From assembly GCA_041750285.1 (NCBI GenBank), contig JBGSZS010000006.1, forward strand, positions 1 to 30,146: DNA of 30,146 nucleotides, given 5' to 3'. This document shows, one piece after another, positions 27,296 through 30,146 of the stretch (the stretch's first letter is position 1; each line of letters begins with the position of its first letter). A program made the position numbers and the translations under genes. The notes under the pieces are model-generated. The model made no database searches. It was given only the letters and a program-made list of their open reading frames with translations, and was not told the origin of the DNA. Source of the DNA: Candidatus Fermentibacteraceae bacterium. GTDB lineage: Bacteria; Fermentibacterota; Fermentibacteria; Fermentibacterales; JCC-6.

Positions 27296-27674
27296 GAGCG
27301 AACCCGTGGGGCAGCAGGTCTCCAAGACGGAACGATTCCCGGGTTTCCCCGGTTCCGGCCACGATGACCGGGAGATCAGGGCCGCAGAACTCCCCCAGAA
27401 CCTGTCTGCACGCTCCGCATGGAACGGCAGGCCCGTCCGGCGAGTAGATCACGATCCTTTGGAAATCCCTCGATCCAGACGTTACCGCCGATGCAAGGGC
27501 CACCCGCTCGGCACAGACGGACAAGCCCAGGGATGCGTTCTCGATGTTAACGCCGGGGTGCATTCTTCCGGAACCGTCCTCAATCACCGCCGACACCCTG
27601 AACCCTGAGTAGGGGCAGTGGCACATGGGGATCAGGGCTTTGGCCCTGTCGATCAGATCGTCCAGATGATTCAT
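27279..27674 (-). CDS. cdd: Cytidine deaminase (homotetrameric type)
   Basis: PYSGFRV, GVNIENAS, CAERVAL, PCGACRQVL.EF, LLPHGF. ATGA overlap with the deoB stop. Confidence 0.96.
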   Translation of the reverse strand: MNHLDDLIDRAKALIPMCHCPYSGFRVSAVIEDGSGRMHPGVNIENASLGLSVCAERVALASAVTSGSRDFQRIVIYSPDGPAVPCGACRQVLGEFCGPDLPVIVAGTGETRESFRLGDLLPHGFALKRNR

Positions 27675-28846
27675 TTTCTTCCTTTTATTGCCTCGAGAAG
27701 GCTGTTTCCCGGGAACCGGGCCAGCAGGCCGAAGAACCCGGACAGTGTGCACGCGATGTCGGAAAGGGTCTTCCTTGTTCCCAGGCCCGTTCCCGTAAGT
27801 CCCGGTGAGTAGGCCAGCAGGGGTACGTACTCCCTCGAATGGTCCGTGCTTTCAGTTGTGGGGTCGTTGCCGTGGTCTGCGGTGATTATGAGAAGGTCGC
27901 CCGGGCGGAGTGATTCCAGAATCCGGGGGATTGCCGAGTCGACCTCCCTGAGGCCTGTGATGAAGCCCTCCGGATCGTTCCTGTGCCCCCACTTCGTGTC
28001 GAAGTCGACCAGGTTCGCGAAAATGAGCCCCTCCGGAAAACCGGCCATCTGAGAAAGCAGCATCCCGATCCCATCGGCGTTCGACTCAACGTGCACCGTA
28101 CTGATGTTCCTGTGGGCGAATAGATCGTCGATCTTGCCGACTCCGGTCACCGGGATGCCCGATCCGGCCAGTGAATCGAGAACTGTGGGTCCAACCGGTG
28201 CGAGCGAGAAATCCTTCCGGAACGGAGTCCGCACGAAGGCGCCCGGCGGACCCGTGAACGGTCTTGCTATGACCCGGGAGACTCCGAGGGACGGACCCGT
28301 CAGAAGTTCCCTGGCCACCTCGCAGCAATGGTACAGCTCGGCCAGCGTGACCGCGTCATCGTGAGCCGCCACCTGGAAAACGCTGTCGGCAGAGGTGTAG
28401 ACGATCAGCTTTCCCGTCTGCAGGTGCCTCTCACCCAGGCGTGCGATTATCTCGGTCCCGCTTGCCGCCTCGTTCCCCAGCACTCCCCTGCCGCATCGTA
28501 GGGAAAAGCGCCCGACAAGATCGGCAGGAAAGCCGTTGGGAAAGGTGGGGAAAGGGTGTTCAAGGATCAGCCCCATCATCTCCCAGTGGCCCGTTGTGCT
28601 GTCCTTGCCGGGAGAGGCGATCATGGATCGGCCCCATGACGCTTCGGGGGCAGGTACGGGAGGGACCCCTGGAATGCGGTGCAGGTTGCCCAGTCCCAGC
28701 CGGCGGAGTTCGGGAAGGTCGATGCCCCCTGCATGCCTGGCCGTGTTCCCAAGTGTGTCGCTGCCCTCGTCTCCATAGAGCGCTGCGTCCGGGAGTTCAC
28801 CGGCGCCCACCCCGTCAAGTACAAGGATTACCGCCCTTGCCGTCAC
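27671..28846 (-). CDS. deoB: Phosphopentomutase
   Basis: LVLDGVGAG, GKDSTTGHWE, YTSADSVFQ, RVIARPF, NLVDFD.KWGHRND, TADHGNDPT, DHSREYVP. SD AAAGGGGAG before GTG 28846. Confidence 0.97.
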   Translation of the reverse strand: MTARAVILVLDGVGAGELPDAALYGDEGSDTLGNTARHAGGIDLPELRRLGLGNLHRIPGVPPVPAPEASWGRSMIASPGKDSTTGHWEMMGLILEHPFPTFPNGFPADLVGRFSLRCGRGVLGNEAASGTEIIARLGERHLQTGKLIVYTSADSVFQVAAHDDAVTLAELYHCCEVARELLTGPSLGVSRVIARPFTGPPGAFVRTPFRKDFSLAPVGPTVLDSLAGSGIPVTGVGKIDDLFAHRNISTVHVESNADGIGMLLSQMAGFPEGLIFANLVDFDTKWGHRNDPEGFITGLREVDSAIPRILESLRPGDLLIITADHGNDPTTESTDHSREYVPLLAYSPGLTGTGLGTRKTLSDIACTLSGFFGLLARFPGNSLLEAIKGRK

Positions 28847-28993
28847 GACTCCCCTTTCTTGGAAGGTCTGAAATGCCTGCTTCAACAATGAACAATAGCA
28901 CACGGTGAGTGAGGAGACACTGGATACGGGGTTGCATCCCCCGGGTTTCTTCATGTTATCTTTGTCACGGTTTTCTTATTCGGACGGGAAGAA

Positions 28994-29248
28994 ATGAGTT
29001 CATGCATTTTCTGCGACATCCTCGATGGGACCGAGGACGCATCCTTCGTTCACAGTGACGACCTCGTCAGCGCTTTCATGGATACAAGGCCCATCAACAC
29101 GGGCCATGTACTCGTGGTTCCAAATCTTCACCATCCGTACCTTTCCGACCTGCCCGACGAGGTGGGCGAAAGGATGTTCACAGTGTCACGTGCCGTGGCC
29201 GCAGCACTGCCTCGACCGTGTCGCCCAGCAAACCATTCTCTGGTATGA
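28994..29248 (+). pseudogene. HIT-family nucleotide hydrolase, 3'-truncated
   Basis: CIFC, AFMD..PINTGHVLVVP are present, but similarity ends at AVAAAL (about 29209) and there is no HxHxH triad before the stop. Confidence 0.85.
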
Positions 29249-29334
29249 TACAAATCACAAACAGCCTGTAAAACGTAGAAAACAAAAGGTTTTTCAGGAA
29301 TCCGGTCATCCAGGCCAGGGAGATTGCTCTCGCA

Positions 29335-29553
29335 ATGGAGCTGGAAGGATTGAGCAGGGCAGACCTTGCCAGGAGGTTCGGATGCTCCCGTGCCCGGGTA
29401 ACCCAGAAGCTGAACCTCCTTGGCCTTCCCCGGGATCTGCTGTTGGAGATTGAGGCGATGGGGGATAACTGGGAGAGGAGGCTGGTGACGGAGAGGGGGC
29501 TGAGGAACCACACGAGTGTCGCATCCAGACCGGCGAATCTGCTGCATCAGTGA
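29335..29553 (+). CDS. Small HTH protein (ParB/Spo0J-like HTH), probably the 3' part of a frameshifted longer gene
   Basis: SRADLARRFGCSRARVTQKLNLL..L. The frame stays open upstream as FRNPVIQAREIALA to a TAA at 29269. Confidence 0.7.
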   Translation: MELEGLSRADLARRFGCSRARVTQKLNLLGLPRDLLLEIEAMGDNWERRLVTERGLRNHTSVASRPANLLHQ

Positions 29554-29595
29554 CCGAAGTTGATAAACACAGTCCTTTTACTGTCTTGCTGCTCC

Positions 29596-29625
29596 TTGAC
29601 AATTGAATCCCGCCGTATGTAAAAT
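29596..29625 (+). promoter_or_regulatory. Sigma70-type promoter
   Basis: TTGACA (29596-29601), 18-bp spacer, TAAAAT (29620-29625), upstream of the SD and ATG at 29676. Confidence 0.65.
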
Positions 29626-29675
29626 GCCGAGGCAGGTTTATTCTTTCAGATGATTATCCTGAAGGGAGGCTTGTC

Positions 29676-30146
29676 ATGTCGTACCCTTCCAATCACAGGC
29701 TTGGAACAATCATTCTCAGCGTGTTAATCCTGCTCACTCACTCCCTCATCGCAGCGGAACCCGGAGAGAACACAATTCCCATCATAGGCATGCGGGCATC
29801 CAACAACGCCTACTTTTCAGGGGTGGGTCTTCGTCTTCTCTGCGAACTGTCCTGGAAGCATTTCGACGGAGTGGATGTCGGAGGACCGGTGGTGGATTAT
29901 TCCGCAGAAAACCCTGATTGGAAAGACAACCGTGACTTCATCGAACTCTGCGGTTATGCGGGCATGCTACTGGTGCTTGGTCCCTGGGAGATAAGTCAGT
30001 TCCATAACTTCTGGAACGACAGCACGGCTTTCTGGTGCAGGTGGACAGAAGACTCCACGCTGATTACCTCCGACAGTTGCTTCGTCAGAATCGACCCCGA
30101 TTTCGATTCAATGAACGGGATCAGGTCCGCCCTGGTCATGGCCGAT
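29676..30146 (+). CDS. Secreted hypothetical protein (partial; absent from the ORF track because it runs off the window)
   Basis: SD AAGGGAGG then ATG 29676; 157 codons open to the window end (MSYPSNHRLGTIILSVLILLTHSLIAAEPGENTIP...); signal-peptide-like N-terminus. Confidence 0.8.
   Translation, partial: MSYPSNHRLGTIILSVLILLTHSLIAAEPGENTIPIIGMRASNNAYFSGVGLRLLCELSWKHFDGVDVGGPVVDYSAENPDWKDNRDFIELCGYAGMLLVLGPWEISQFHNFWNDSTAFWCRWTEDSTLITSDSCFVRIDPDFDSMNGIRSALVMAD

Noticed and set aside
1..30146. CRISPR arrays, tRNA/rRNA genes, tandem repeats, an intein in NrdJ
   Set aside because: None seen by eye; intergenic gaps are short and the NrdJ motifs are contiguous with no insertion.

Overview
GC-rich bacterial chromosomal window, probably from a diderm (FCB-like) anaerobe. 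That placement is inferred from the LpxH-like, YfhO, archaeal/eukaryotic-type ProRS and class II RNR genes. Both edges look mobile: a probable IS256-type end lies at 1-140, and at about 29210 a HIT gene is cut off by an AT-richer inserted segment. The core carries housekeeping genes (proS, panB-purD-purE-tsaC, nrdJ, deoB-cdd) and several membrane or exported proteins. The most unusual element is a tightly coupled nine-gene minus-strand envelope-glycosylation operon (12473-22120): two exported proteins, an LpxH-like phosphoesterase, GT2, GT4, an NAD epimerase, a UPF0104 flippase-like protein, a YfhO/GT-C protein and a UPF0104 membrane domain fused to a radical SAM/SPASM-Twitch enzyme. A multi-PAS hybrid kinase-like protein that lacks all recognisable phosphotransfer residues is also notable. 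All family calls come from motif recognition by eye; no searches were run.
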